A stretch of 64,000 bases of DNA from Opitutales bacterium (GTDB taxonomy: Bacteria; Verrucomicrobiota; Verrucomicrobiia; Opitutales; PNEW01). The DNA lies in the NCBI GenBank assembly GCA_965197745.1, contig CBDANS010000007.1, forward strand, positions 800,001 to 864,000, in the 5' to 3' direction. The notes below the pieces were generated by a model, which was given only the letters and a program-made list of their open reading frames with translations, searched no databases and was not told the origin of the DNA. The first letter of the stretch is position 1. Each line of letters begins with the position of its first letter. The position numbers and the translations under genes were made by a program. Shown one piece after another: positions 1-9,049 of this stretch.

Positions 1-234
1 CTTTTAAAGCCTAAACGACTGTGGGGATGATCATGGTTATAGGTCTGGCGCCATTGTTCGATTACAACTTGTGCTTCAGCCACGCTGAGCAACACTTCAC
101 GGTTCAAACACTCATCGCGTAAGCGGTTGTGAAACGACTCGATGAAACCGTTTTGCCAGGGACTGCCCGGATCGATATATATCGCCTTGATCTTTTTGTC
201 GGACAACGACTGCTGCACTTGATGAGCAATGAAT

Positions 235-266
235 GGCTTCGCATGTCGTCGCTTCGCTCCTCGGAA
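235..266 (-). mobile_element. 32-nt hairpin micro-insertion (TWCCGAR family) in the DNGS-E-F codon of IS copy 1
   Basis: AGT G[TTCCGAGGAGCGAAGCGACGACATGCGAAGCC]A TTC where AGT GAA TTC is expected. Confidence 0.85.
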
Positions 267-394
267 CACTGCCGTTGTCACTACGGATATAGCTGGGAGC
301 TCCCTCCTTTTCAATGGCCTCGCTAAGCACAGAGAGGACATCCGATGAGGGGAGTTCACGAGCGACCCGGATATCCAGACATTCACGCGTATAT

Positions 395-437
395 GGCTTC
401 GCTTCGCTTGAGTGTCGTCGCTTTCAGCTCCTCGGTA
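395..437 (-). mobile_element. 43-nt hairpin micro-insertion (TWCCGAR family) in the ID-E-Y codon of IS copy 1
   Basis: GAT G[TACCGAGGAGCTGAAAGCGACGACACTCAAGCGAAGCGAAGCC]A TAT; IS copy 3 has uninterrupted GAT GAG TAC here. Confidence 0.85.
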
Positions 438-866
438 CATCGATCAGAGTCATCATCTTTAATGGACCGCCATGGTCTGTGCGATCATGGACAAAGTCCC
501 AGGACCAAAGGTGATTGCGACCGGTTGCTTTAGTAGGCGACCCCGTAGAGACCCCTTGACGGTGTCTACGCTTTTTAGGTGGCTTTACCTGCAACCCTTC
601 TGAACGTCGTACCGCCTGAACAAACTTCCTGTTTGTTGTCCAGCCTTCCTTTACGAGCAAGGCACGGATGCGCCGGTAACCGTAGCAGGGATGTTCCCAG
701 GACAGGGTTATAATCCGCTCGGCCAACCGCTGAGCTTTCTTACTGGCCTGCTTGGGCTGGTAGCTGAAAGTTGACCAACTGAGGCTGAGGTAGGAACAAG
801 CCCTTCGCAACGAGCACAGCCCTCTCTCAGCCGCATCTTTTACTACTCGCTTCTTCTGCTTGGGGC

Positions 867-1133
867 TCACCACTTTTTTGACAGCGTTTCCTCCATTACC
901 TGATTCTTAAGCATTTGATCAGCGAGCATCTTCTTCAACTCGGTGTTTTCTTTTTCCAGCTCTTTAAATCGCTTCGCATCGGCTAGTTCCAAATTGCCAT
1001 ACTTTTTACCCCAGCGATAGAAGGTCTGTTCACTCACGTTGTTGCCTCGGCAGATTTCCTCTACCGTTTTTCCGGTATCGGCTTGCCGCAGTATTGCGAT
1101 GATCTGTTCTGTTGTGTATCTTTTTCTTTTCAT
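867..1133 (-). CDS. IS3 transposase OrfA (HTH)
   Basis: MKRKRYTTEQII...SEQTFYRW...LKKMLAD; ends at the A6G frameshift window overlapping orfB. Confidence 0.93.
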   Translation of the reverse strand: MKRKRYTTEQIIAILRQADTGKTVEEICRGNNVSEQTFYRWGKKYGNLELADAKRFKELEKENTELKKMLADQMLKNQVMEETLSKKW

Positions 1134-1204
1134 GAGGTTATCTGTTTATCCCGATAACCTCTCTCTGTTAATGATACCATTTTTGGGGGTCACTCCAAGT
1201 CCCT

Positions 1205-1588
1205 ATGGAGGAGGCGATTGCCAACTTCAAAGCCTTTATTGAATCAGCTGAAAATTATCAAACTGAAATTATTCTAATACTGCCTCCCGTATCCAATCGT
1301 GCGCCGCGATTGAGTGGTATACTGGAATATAATGAAAGTATCCGCTATGCTTTTCATGATAATGCAATGATCCTTAAATTAGATGACATGGATTATGACG
1401 CTCCATCTTCATACGGTTACTTTTTTCCCGATGGGTTGCATCCCAATACGGAAGGGGCAAAATATATTGCTTTTCAAATTGCACCCCTATGTCATCGCAT
1501 TGCAGCGATGAGAGCAGAAAGCAATAAAAGCAATGGTTCATTAACGCTTCGCGATGACGATAACCGCATTTTGCAGCGCACTCCGTAG
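1205..1588 (+). pseudogene. C-terminal part of an SGNH/GDSL hydrolase, probably cut by IS copy 1
   Basis: DGLHPN block-V motif with no N-terminal GDS motif; begins 8 bp after the IS end. Confidence 0.65.
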
Positions 1589-1808
1589 ATTGATTCTCTG
1601 AAGAGCACTTACTCTCAGCAAATTTTATATGTCTGGATATCAGGTATAAAGGCTTTTACTTGCTATCAAAGTTATGTCTCAATAAGATATTATTTTATCA
1701 TATGATTGAAATATCTTTTAATTTTTATTAACACAATTCGGGGTAAATCATTTTAGTATCGAACCACGAGAAGGAGCTGACTCTTTACTGATAAAATATA
1801 AATTTCCA

Positions 1809-2276
1809 ATGATTTTTCGTGAAGCTACAGTTGAGGATATCCCGGAAATTTTTGAAGTGCGTGTAAAAGTGAGGGAAAATCTGCTAACCCTCGTTGAATT
1901 GAGGAATATGGGTATTACTCAAGAGAGTGTAGCAAAATCATTCCAATTTGATTGTAAGGGGTGGGTAGCAGAATGCGATAATCGTATCATTGGATTTTCT
2001 ATTGCTAATAAACGCACGCGTTCGGTATGGGCGTTGTTCGTTCTGCCTGATTATGAAGGCAGGGGCTATGGTCGGGGACTTTTAGAACTGACTATGAATT
2101 GGTTGTGGGAACAGGGACTTGATAAAATATGGTTGGAGACTGGACCAGACCCTCATTATCGCGCTAATGGATTTTATAAGTATTTGGGCTGGGAAAAGAA
2201 GGAAACGACGTTGCACGGGCAATTTCGTTATACCTTCACGCGTCCGCTGAAATTAATTGAACCGCTCAACTCTTAA
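1809..2276 (+). CDS. GNAT family N-acetyltransferase
   Basis: FREAT..DIPEI start, LFVLPDYEGRGYG acetyl-CoA motif, FYKYLGW. Confidence 0.9.
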   Translation: MIFREATVEDIPEIFEVRVKVRENLLTLVELRNMGITQESVAKSFQFDCKGWVAECDNRIIGFSIANKRTRSVWALFVLPDYEGRGYGRGLLELTMNWLWEQGLDKIWLETGPDPHYRANGFYKYLGWEKKETTLHGQFRYTFTRPLKLIEPLNS

Positions 2277-2281
2277 ATTTC

Positions 2282-3202
2282 ATTATCGAATTTGTTCTAG
2301 AGTTATCAGCTGTTTTTAGTACCGCGCTTTTACCCTTAATCCTCTTTTGTGGAATAGGCGCCCTTGCTGACCGATTACTTCACTTCGATTTAAAGTCAGT
2401 TAACCGCTTGTCACTTTATATCTTTATGCCGGCGCTGCTTTTTACGACATTAATGAAAGTGCAGGTTAATGTCGGTGATGTGGGACGCGTCGCTTTATTT
2501 CTGGCCATTATCCTGTTGGGTATGGCGAGTATCGGATGGCTATATTCCCGAATCTTTCATTTAGATAAAGCTACCACCAGTAGTGCGGTTATCTCTACGA
2601 CATTATTCAATGCGGTTCATCTTGGATTTCCCTTAACCTTATTCTTTTTTGGCCATGAAGGTCTTGAGTACGCGGTTATTCTTGTTGCTCTCAATACTAT
2701 CCCTCATCACGGTTTTGGTTTATTCGTAGCTGCTCAGGGAGCACTTTCCAATCGAGATGCCTTACTAACCCTTCTCCGTATGCCGACATTTATTGTTATC
2801 GGCATTGCCGTTATTTTAAGAGTATCAGATGTTTCTGTCCCCGGGGTAATATTTGAGCCCCTGGCGATTTTAGGAAAAGCGGGTATCCCACTTGTTCTCG
2901 TATTTGTGGGGATGGAGCTTGGTCGTCTTCGGCTGGGGAAGGTGGGAAAAATAACTTGGGGGGTAATAGGAATACGACTACTCTTCGCTCCTGTTTTAGC
3001 ATGGGGTGCCGCAGAACTGGTAGGCTTATCGGGTCTTCTTCGCTCCGTTGTCATTATTATTGCCAGCATGCCGACGGCGATCATGCCGATTTCATTTGCT
3101 CGAGAATTTGGTAGTAATGTCGCTTTTGTATCACGAGCAGTCTTTTATTCGACTATTCTCAGTATCATAACGATTCCTGTTCTCTGTATTCTCATTCGTT
3201 AG
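2282..3202 (+). CDS. AEC (auxin efflux carrier) family membrane transporter; start uncertain
   Basis: Multi-TM protein with N..LG.P and SMPTA motifs; the frame stays open and hydrophobic upstream of the TTG at 2408. Confidence 0.8.
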   Translation: MIEFVLELSAVFSTALLPLILFCGIGALADRLLHFDLKSVNRLSLYIFMPALLFTTLMKVQVNVGDVGRVALFLAIILLGMASIGWLYSRIFHLDKATTSSAVISTTLFNAVHLGFPLTLFFFGHEGLEYAVILVALNTIPHHGFGLFVAAQGALSNRDALLTLLRMPTFIVIGIAVILRVSDVSVPGVIFEPLAILGKAGIPLVLVFVGMELGRLRLGKVGKITWGVIGIRLLFAPVLAWGAAELVGLSGLLRSVVIIIASMPTAIMPISFAREFGSNVAFVSRAVFYSTILSIITIPVLCILIR

Positions 3203-3235
3203 ACGAAGATTATGGCTAATTAATACACTATGAAT

Positions 3236-3391
3236 CTTCGTCTGCCTCCTCGTCTTCGTCCTCTTATACCCTAATTACTTAATAATAAGAGTTATTAAAT
3301 CTAAAACTGTTTATCAAACTTCCCAGCGGACGCGACGACGCGCGTCCCTCCGGAAAATCAATAAAGGGTGGGAGGCAGACGAAGACGAAGA
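3236..3391. repeat. Composite intergenic repeat: inverted CTTCGTC/GACGAAG arrays around a REP-like palindrome (3327..3351)
   Basis: CTTCGTCTGCCTCCTCGTCTTCGTC ... CGGACGCGACGACGCGCGTCCCTCC ... GAGGCAGACGAAGACGAAGA. Confidence 0.8.
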
Positions 3392-3476
3392 TTTGTACCC
3401 CATTGCAATAACTTTCAGTTATATCCCGTCATAACCCCAATTTTTCTATTGTGTTAAGAGGATACCTTTTAGATAT

Positions 3477-4217
3477 ATGGCTACCATGAGTGAATTAGAA
3501 AATAAAATTGCTATCGTTACGGGAGCCGGAACCGGTATTGGTAAAGGGATTGCCAGAGCATTTGCCCGTGAAGGCGCCAATCTCGTGTTGGCTTCACGGA
3601 ATGAAAAAAATCTGCAAACCACCGCAGAGGAACTCAAAGAATATAATAGGGAAGTTATAATTGTTCCTACTGATATTACTAAAGAAGATGAAGTCCTGGC
3701 CTTATTTAAGCAGACCATGGATACCTTTAGTCGCCTCGATATCATGATTAATAATTCGGGTATATCCGTAGGTAAATCGATTGATGAATTATCACTTCAG
3801 GAATGGAACGAGGTTATCGATGTTAACCTCACAGGAACTTTTCTATGCAGCCGGGAAGCGATGAAAATCATGAAAAGACAGGGCGGGGGGAGAATTGTCA
3901 ATATCGGCAGTATTTCCGGGCAAATGCCTCGCTTGAACTCGGCCCCCTATGTTGCCACAAAATTCGGAATAGCGGGTTTAACCAAAGCAACCGCCCTTGA
4001 AGGGCGTGATTTTGGGGTGGCAGCCAGTTGTGTTCACCCCGGCAATGTAGCGATAGAACGGCGTGTGGCTAGTGAATCCTCGCAGGACCAGGAACCCATG
4101 ATGTCCGTAGACGATATCTCTAAAGTCGTGCTGACCTCGGTTACGCTACCCCCCAACGTTAATATGTTTGAGTGTATCACGCTTCCCGTCGGTCAGTTAT
4201 ATTTAGGAAGGGGATGA
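3477..4217 (+). CDS. Short-chain dehydrogenase/reductase
   Basis: TGAGTGIG, NNSG, YVATK motifs. Confidence 0.93.
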   Translation: MATMSELENKIAIVTGAGTGIGKGIARAFAREGANLVLASRNEKNLQTTAEELKEYNREVIIVPTDITKEDEVLALFKQTMDTFSRLDIMINNSGISVGKSIDELSLQEWNEVIDVNLTGTFLCSREAMKIMKRQGGGRIVNIGSISGQMPRLNSAPYVATKFGIAGLTKATALEGRDFGVAASCVHPGNVAIERRVASESSQDQEPMMSVDDISKVVLTSVTLPPNVNMFECITLPVGQLYLGRG

Positions 4218-4223
4218 GCCATG

Positions 4224-4258
4224 AGTCAAAAAGTCAAAAGGTCAAAATGTCAAAAAGT
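4224..4258. repeat. Short GTCAAAA(A)-type tandem repeats
   Basis: GTCAAAAAGTCAAAAGGTCAAAATGTCAAAAAG. Confidence 0.75.
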
Positions 4259-4367
4259 TGGTTGATGCAAGATGCATGATCCAGGATTCAGGATAATCTA
4301 ACCGCTTATCTCATTTATCGCTTTTACGCGTCTACGCATGATCTCATATACCTTTTGACCTATTAAT

Positions 4368-5102
4368 TTAATTATTAGTCCTGATAAGCCTGACGTTTTG
4401 CATTAGAAACCAGTTATAGAATTGATGAGGATGTATAAATGCCGGGGGCACGGCACTGCGCTGTATATAGCCATCCTTTACGGATAATCCTCCCCATTTT
4501 TCAATTATATCCTCGCGCACACGATAAGATCGATCGCGCCATTCACCTATGGGAATACAGCGTTCAAGACGTCCTGATTCAGTCTTTTTTGCTCTGACCA
4601 CAATCTCCGTTTCCAGTGGTTTAACCCTACGGGTATGAGCATTTTGCTTCCATAGCTTCTTCTCTACTTTTCCCACGGAAACTACTTCTTTAACTACATA
4701 TAGACCAATTATAGCGTATATCAACCTGTGCGCACACGCTTCAATTGGTCGCAAGCCCGCATAAAAAACAATAATATCATCTGATTTCATTCGGGTGATA
4801 ACAGCGCCGCGCCGAGCTCCATTGTCGCCATAGGTCAGTTCATTGAAATCCGGATCCAAATGCATTTTTTTATTCAGGAGACCGGTGGAGAATTTAAGAT
4901 TCCTCCTTAATCCCGTTTTATATTTATGACAGAACCCGTTCAAAGCTGGCAATGTCTCGGAATAATAGCGCTGTAGATGCTTATGGCTGTGTTTATCTTC
5001 TGGAATCGGAATATAAACAAATTCTCTCGAGTGCAGATCGAGTGGAGCATTCCACTTACCATATGAGCTATCAATACCAACTCTTATGAGAAGCGCTATC
5101 AT
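4368..5102 (-). CDS. Nmad3-like (nucleotide modification associated domain 3) protein
   Basis: RVGIDS..G...FVYIPIPE, HLDPDF..LTYGD, DIIVFYAGL and NAH pattern, recalled as typical of Nmad3. Confidence 0.6.
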   Translation of the reverse strand: MIALLIRVGIDSSYGKWNAPLDLHSREFVYIPIPEDKHSHKHLQRYYSETLPALNGFCHKYKTGLRRNLKFSTGLLNKKMHLDPDFNELTYGDNGARRGAVITRMKSDDIIVFYAGLRPIEACAHRLIYAIIGLYVVKEVVSVGKVEKKLWKQNAHTRRVKPLETEIVVRAKKTESGRLERCIPIGEWRDRSYRVREDIIEKWGGLSVKDGYIQRSAVPPAFIHPHQFYNWFLMQNVRLIRTNN

Positions 5103-5107
5103 TATTT

Positions 5108-5141
5108 GTCAAAAGTCTAATGTCGAAAGTCTAATGTCGAC
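5108..5141. repeat. Heptamer tandem repeats downstream of the four-helix-bundle gene
   Basis: GTCAAAA GTCTAAT GTCGAAA GTCTAAT GTCGA. Confidence 0.75.
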
Positions 5142-5161
5142 TCTAATAGAACTGACGAGCA

Positions 5162-5560
5162 TTAGGAATCTACATCGGCTCTTGAATTCGACATATCTTG
5201 TTTAATATGGCGCATAAGCGCGGCAATACCTTTTGAGATATTTCTACTAGCTTCTCTTAAGTCTACTGCGTCCTTTTCTAATAAATATTTAAGGTCTTCC
5301 GCAATATAGAGCATATTCCTCAATTCCCCGCAGGACCCCTTTGCGATACTAAGATAATGATAGAACTCAGCGTCTCCTTTTCTTTCATAACCTTCCGAAA
5401 TATTATTCATTACAGACACACTAGATCTTTGAATCTGATTTTTAAAGCCAAAGTCTTTTGCTGCTGGCGTTGTATCACCAAACACAGTATAAATGGTCGC
5501 GACTAAGGTTCTTGCGTCTTGCCAGATTCTCAGATCTTCAAAAGATTTTACTGAGTTCAT
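5162..5560 (-). CDS. Four-helix-bundle protein (23S rRNA IVP / Avd-like family)
   Basis: SFEDLRIWQ...DFGFKNQIQRSSVSVMNNISEG...LSIAKGSCGE. Confidence 0.92.
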   Translation of the reverse strand: MNSVKSFEDLRIWQDARTLVATIYTVFGDTTPAAKDFGFKNQIQRSSVSVMNNISEGYERKGDAEFYHYLSIAKGSCGELRNMLYIAEDLKYLLEKDAVDLREASRNISKGIAALMRHIKQDMSNSRADVDS

Positions 5561-5650
5561 ATTTATCTTAAAGGTTGATGTTGGAAGAATGAGATCTTTA
5601 TAAAATTTAATTCGGTATTAAACACATGACACTTAATATTAATTATTTTA

Positions 5651-5706
5651 CCTTCGACTTTCGACCTTTGACTAATCACCTTTGACTTTTCGACCTTCGA
5701 CTTTCG
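5651..5706. repeat. Heptamer tandem repeats (YTTYGAC), inverted relative to 5108..5141
   Basis: CTTCGAC TTTCGAC CTTTGAC ... TTTCGAC CTTCGAC TTTCG. Confidence 0.75.
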
Positions 5707-6749
5707 GCTCTCACCTTTCACAGATGCATGCGGCAAAATCAGCCCCAACGCTCTCTAGAAAGAGGACTTATTTTCTCATTCGATTGTCAACATTTGCCAT
5801 TCTTCTCTTTGCTCTAATAATTTATATCGTTATGATGCCCAAAAGCTCTTATTCAGGTCCTTTTCTGCCACTCTCTGAAGATGAGAAAATTACACAGCGT
5901 CAGCTCAATAAACACATTGGCGTTCTGGCGAAAGAAATCGGAGAGAGAAACTTCTGGCATTACCTGGAGTTGACAGCGTCAGCGAATTATATCGACGAAG
6001 CATTTAAGGATTCAGGCTACGAAGTAGATCGGCAGGAATTTAAGATTGATGGTGTAACCGTTGCTAATCTTGTAGCAGAATTAAGAGGAACTTCCTTACC
6101 CGATGAAATAATTGTTGTCGGCGCTCACTACGACTCAGTTACAGGTTGTCCCGGTGCTAACGATAACGCTTCAGGTGTTGCCGGTCTGATCGAAACGTCG
6201 CGTCTGCTGGTAAATAATGAACTGTCCCGGACAATCCGCTTCGTCGCTTTCGTTAATGAAGAACCCCCATTTTTTCAGACTGCCAATATGGGGAGTCGCG
6301 TCTACGCAGCTCGCGCCCAACAACGCGGAGAAAATATAATCGCCATGCTTTCACTTGAGACCATCGGCTATTATTCAGAGGAGGAAGGCAGTCAGCGTTA
6401 TCCCTTTCCATTCAGTTTCTTTTACCCGGATGTTGCCAATTTCATCGGCTTTGTTGGAAATTTATCATCGCGCCGTCTGGTTCATCAGGCCATCGCTTCA
6501 TTTCGTGAACATACAAAGTTTCCCTCCGAAGGGACAGCTGCTCCGGGATGGATGACGGGGGTGGGGTGGTCAGACCATTGGTCTTTTTGGAAAGAAGGGT
6601 ACCCGGCGATAATGATCACTGATTCCGCGCTCTTCCGTTACAATTTTTACCACACCCCGGAGGATACACCGGACAAGATTGACACGGCGCGGATGGCGCG
6701 CGTGGTGAATGGGGTATCGCGTATAATCTCCGACCTTGCCACAAACTGA
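5682..6749 (+). CDS. M28 family metallopeptidase with N-terminal membrane anchor; true start probably downstream of 5682
   Basis: GAHYDS, PGANDNASG, NEEPP, SDH and YH motifs. Confidence 0.9.
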   Translation: MTFRPSTFGSHLSQMHAAKSAPTLSRKRTYFLIRLSTFAILLFALIIYIVMMPKSSYSGPFLPLSEDEKITQRQLNKHIGVLAKEIGERNFWHYLELTASANYIDEAFKDSGYEVDRQEFKIDGVTVANLVAELRGTSLPDEIIVVGAHYDSVTGCPGANDNASGVAGLIETSRLLVNNELSRTIRFVAFVNEEPPFFQTANMGSRVYAARAQQRGENIIAMLSLETIGYYSEEEGSQRYPFPFSFFYPDVANFIGFVGNLSSRRLVHQAIASFREHTKFPSEGTAAPGWMTGVGWSDHWSFWKEGYPAIMITDSALFRYNFYHTPEDTPDKIDTARMARVVNGVSRIISDLATN

Positions 6750-6769
6750 TATTTTAAAGCTTTTAATGC

Positions 6770-9049
6770 ATGAAAATCAATGTTGTCGCCCTCTGCCTCA
6801 CTTTGATTTTTGCATTCACTCTCTTTGCCGAAGAACCAATTGAGATTGATATTCCTATATTTGAGGGTGGGTATGGCGTTAAATTTTATCAGGATGTTGC
6901 GCGCACATTTGAGAAAGGACATCCCGGTGTTAAGATCAATCTATACGGCGATCCACGCATGCCGGATCAGGTGCGTATTCGTGTCATAGAAGGTAATTAT
7001 CCTAACGCGACAGCATCAGACCTGTCCTACTATAACTTAATTAAAGCCGGGAAAATTCTTGACCTGGCACCTTACCTGGAAGGACCCAATTGGGAGAATG
7101 ATGCCCGGTGGCGTGATACTTTTCTTCCTGGGGCAATTGAACATTGGCAGGACGGCGAACATGTCTGGGCATTGCCTTTTGCTTATGCCACCAAGCTGAT
7201 TTTGTATAACAAAACTCTGTTCAGAGATAATGATTGGGAAATTCCTCAAACCTGGGATGAGCTTTTCAGCCTTTGCGATCAAGTCCAAGCAGTCAATATT
7301 GCGCCATTCGCATTCCCCGGTGTTTACATGGGCTATGGCGATATGATCTTAAGAGCGGCCTATTACAACTTGGCTGGGCCGGATTTGTATCGACGTTATA
7401 ATCTTCTCGAGATAGGGACACGTTCCGATCCTCAATTCAAAAAAGCCGCGGGGATTCTTCAGAGGCTTTCCACCCAGTATTTCCAGGACGGGTGGGAAGG
7501 GATGAGTCATACCGGTTCCCAGTTACAGTTTTTTCAAGGCAATACCGCGATGATCGCCAACGGCTCATGGATAGTGAGCGAAATGGCAGGAAAAATTCCC
7601 GAGGATTTTGAGCTCGGAGCTTTTAGAATGCCAGTTTTCCCGGAGGGAAAAGGATCTAAGAATGCAGTCGATGCCGGAAGTGATTATTTCTTCCTTTTTA
7701 AAGAGGTGGAAAATAGTGATGTGACCGTTGATTTTTTTCGTTTTCTGACCTCCCGTCGATGGGCGAAAGCCTTCACCGAGAGACAGGATTCCCCCACCGC
7801 GATCATAGGAACACCTCTGGAAAGCTACTCACCTTTGATGCATGATATGGCAAGGATCATTGAGAACTCAACCGATGCCTACGGCTCACCATTGGGCTCA
7901 TCACCCCCATATCCAGGGATGGCTCAAGCAGAAGAAGATGCGCGGGCGATGCTCATGTATAATGAAATTTCTCCAGAAGCATTCGGTGATTTTCTCGAAG
8001 CGGCAGCAGAGAAAGAAAGAATAATCAGAATTAATCCCAAGAAAGTTGTCTATCGTCATACCACGGCTGGATCCCTTCTTATTTTCATTATTGTAGCCGC
8101 TTTAACCTACACAGTTTACAGCCAGCTTAAAGCAAGAAGAAAAATAAAGACGGTCAGTCATTCTCCGGGCAAGTTGAAAGCGCACTATGTGCTTTTATTC
8201 ATAGGACCGGCGATGGTAATGTATCTGGTTTTTTCCATTAAACCATCATTGGAATCTTTTGTCTGGGCCTTTACCCGGTGGGATGGAATTACCGATCGTG
8301 AGTATTTGGGGCTGCTTCATTTCAAACGGCTTTTGTTTGAGAGTGATATATTTTGGAAGGCACTGAAAAATAATTTATTCGTGATGTTTGTTCCGACTCT
8401 CTTCGTCATTCCCATCGCCCTTTTTATTTCTTTTCTTATCAGCCGTAGGGTCTGGGGCAGCAATTTGTTTCGCATCTGTTTTTTCTTTCCGAACATCATG
8501 GGGGGCATCGCCATTACCCTTTTGTGGATGAACGCTTATGATCCCCAGGGGGGACTGGTCAATGGTGCGTTTGTCGGCCTGGGTTTCACGCAGTTTGAGA
8601 ATTATCCCTGGCTCTCACAGGATCATTTATACTGGTCGTTAATACCTATGGCCATCTGGGGCGCCTGTGGGTTCAACATGATTCTTTACCTCGCCGCGAT
8701 GGAAAACGTGGACACCGTTTTATACGATGCAGCGTCGATTGATGGTGCCAGCACCTGGCAGCAGTTTATTTTCATTACCATACCGCAGATCTGGGAAGCG
8801 CTTACTATCTCTGCAGTCTTCATGGTCATCGGCGGCTTAAAAGCGTTTGAAAATATCTGGTTGCTGACGAGCCAACGGCCGACTTCGAACACACATGTCA
8901 TTGGCACCTACATGGTAACCACAATGTTTAAGGAATTTAAGGTAGGTCAGGCGACGGCGATCGCGGTCCTATTATTTGTCTTAGTTTTCTTTGGCGCGAT
9001 GGTTACGATACGATTGATGAAACGGGAAACGGTGGAGGTCTATCAATGA
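6770..9049 (+). CDS. Carbohydrate ABC transporter: solute-binding protein fused to permease
   Basis: Signal peptide and family-1 SBP domain, then TM segments with the LYDAASIDGA (EAA) loop. Confidence 0.88.
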   Translation: MKINVVALCLTLIFAFTLFAEEPIEIDIPIFEGGYGVKFYQDVARTFEKGHPGVKINLYGDPRMPDQVRIRVIEGNYPNATASDLSYYNLIKAGKILDLAPYLEGPNWENDARWRDTFLPGAIEHWQDGEHVWALPFAYATKLILYNKTLFRDNDWEIPQTWDELFSLCDQVQAVNIAPFAFPGVYMGYGDMILRAAYYNLAGPDLYRRYNLLEIGTRSDPQFKKAAGILQRLSTQYFQDGWEGMSHTGSQLQFFQGNTAMIANGSWIVSEMAGKIPEDFELGAFRMPVFPEGKGSKNAVDAGSDYFFLFKEVENSDVTVDFFRFLTSRRWAKAFTERQDSPTAIIGTPLESYSPLMHDMARIIENSTDAYGSPLGSSPPYPGMAQAEEDARAMLMYNEISPEAFGDFLEAAAEKERIIRINPKKVVYRHTTAGSLLIFIIVAALTYTVYSQLKARRKIKTVSHSPGKLKAHYVLLFIGPAMVMYLVFSIKPSLESFVWAFTRWDGITDREYLGLLHFKRLLFESDIFWKALKNNLFVMFVPTLFVIPIALFISFLISRRVWGSNLFRICFFFPNIMGGIAITLLWMNAYDPQGGLVNGAFVGLGFTQFENYPWLSQDHLYWSLIPMAIWGACGFNMILYLAAMENVDTVLYDAASIDGASTWQQFIFITIPQIWEALTISAVFMVIGGLKAFENIWLLTSQRPTSNTHVIGTYMVTTMFKEFKVGQATAIAVLLFVLVFFGAMVTIRLMKRETVEVYQ

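Larger units (their letters stand above)
1..873 (-). pseudogene. IS3 transposase OrfB (DDE integrase core) interrupted by two micro-insertions; runs off the window
   Basis: YGYRRI, WSWDFVHD, TLID[insert]YTRECL, SDNGS[insert]FIA, PGSPWQNGFIESF; insert 1 carries an in-frame TGA and insert 2 shifts the frame. Confidence 0.85.
1..1197 (-). mobile_element. IS3-family insertion sequence, copy 1 (right end outside the window)
   Basis: Left end TGGAGTGACCCCCAAAAATGGTATCA at 1197, shared with copy 2; orfA/orfB arrangement with AAAAAAG slippery site; WSWDF, SDNG and PWQNGFIESF motifs. Confidence 0.95.

Noticed and set aside
235..266. Group I or group II intron remnant
   Set aside because: Far too short, no domain V or catalytic core, and GUGYG...AY-style boundaries would not restore the reading frame.
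395..437. Selenocysteine or readthrough at the in-frame TGA of IS orfB
   Set aside because: The TGA lies within an insert absent from copy 3 and is not at a Cys-equivalent position; the second insert would still shift the frame.
5162..5560. Diversity-generating retroelement (Avd-like gene)
   Set aside because: No reverse transcriptase and no TR/VR pair with adenine-specific mismatches seen in the window.
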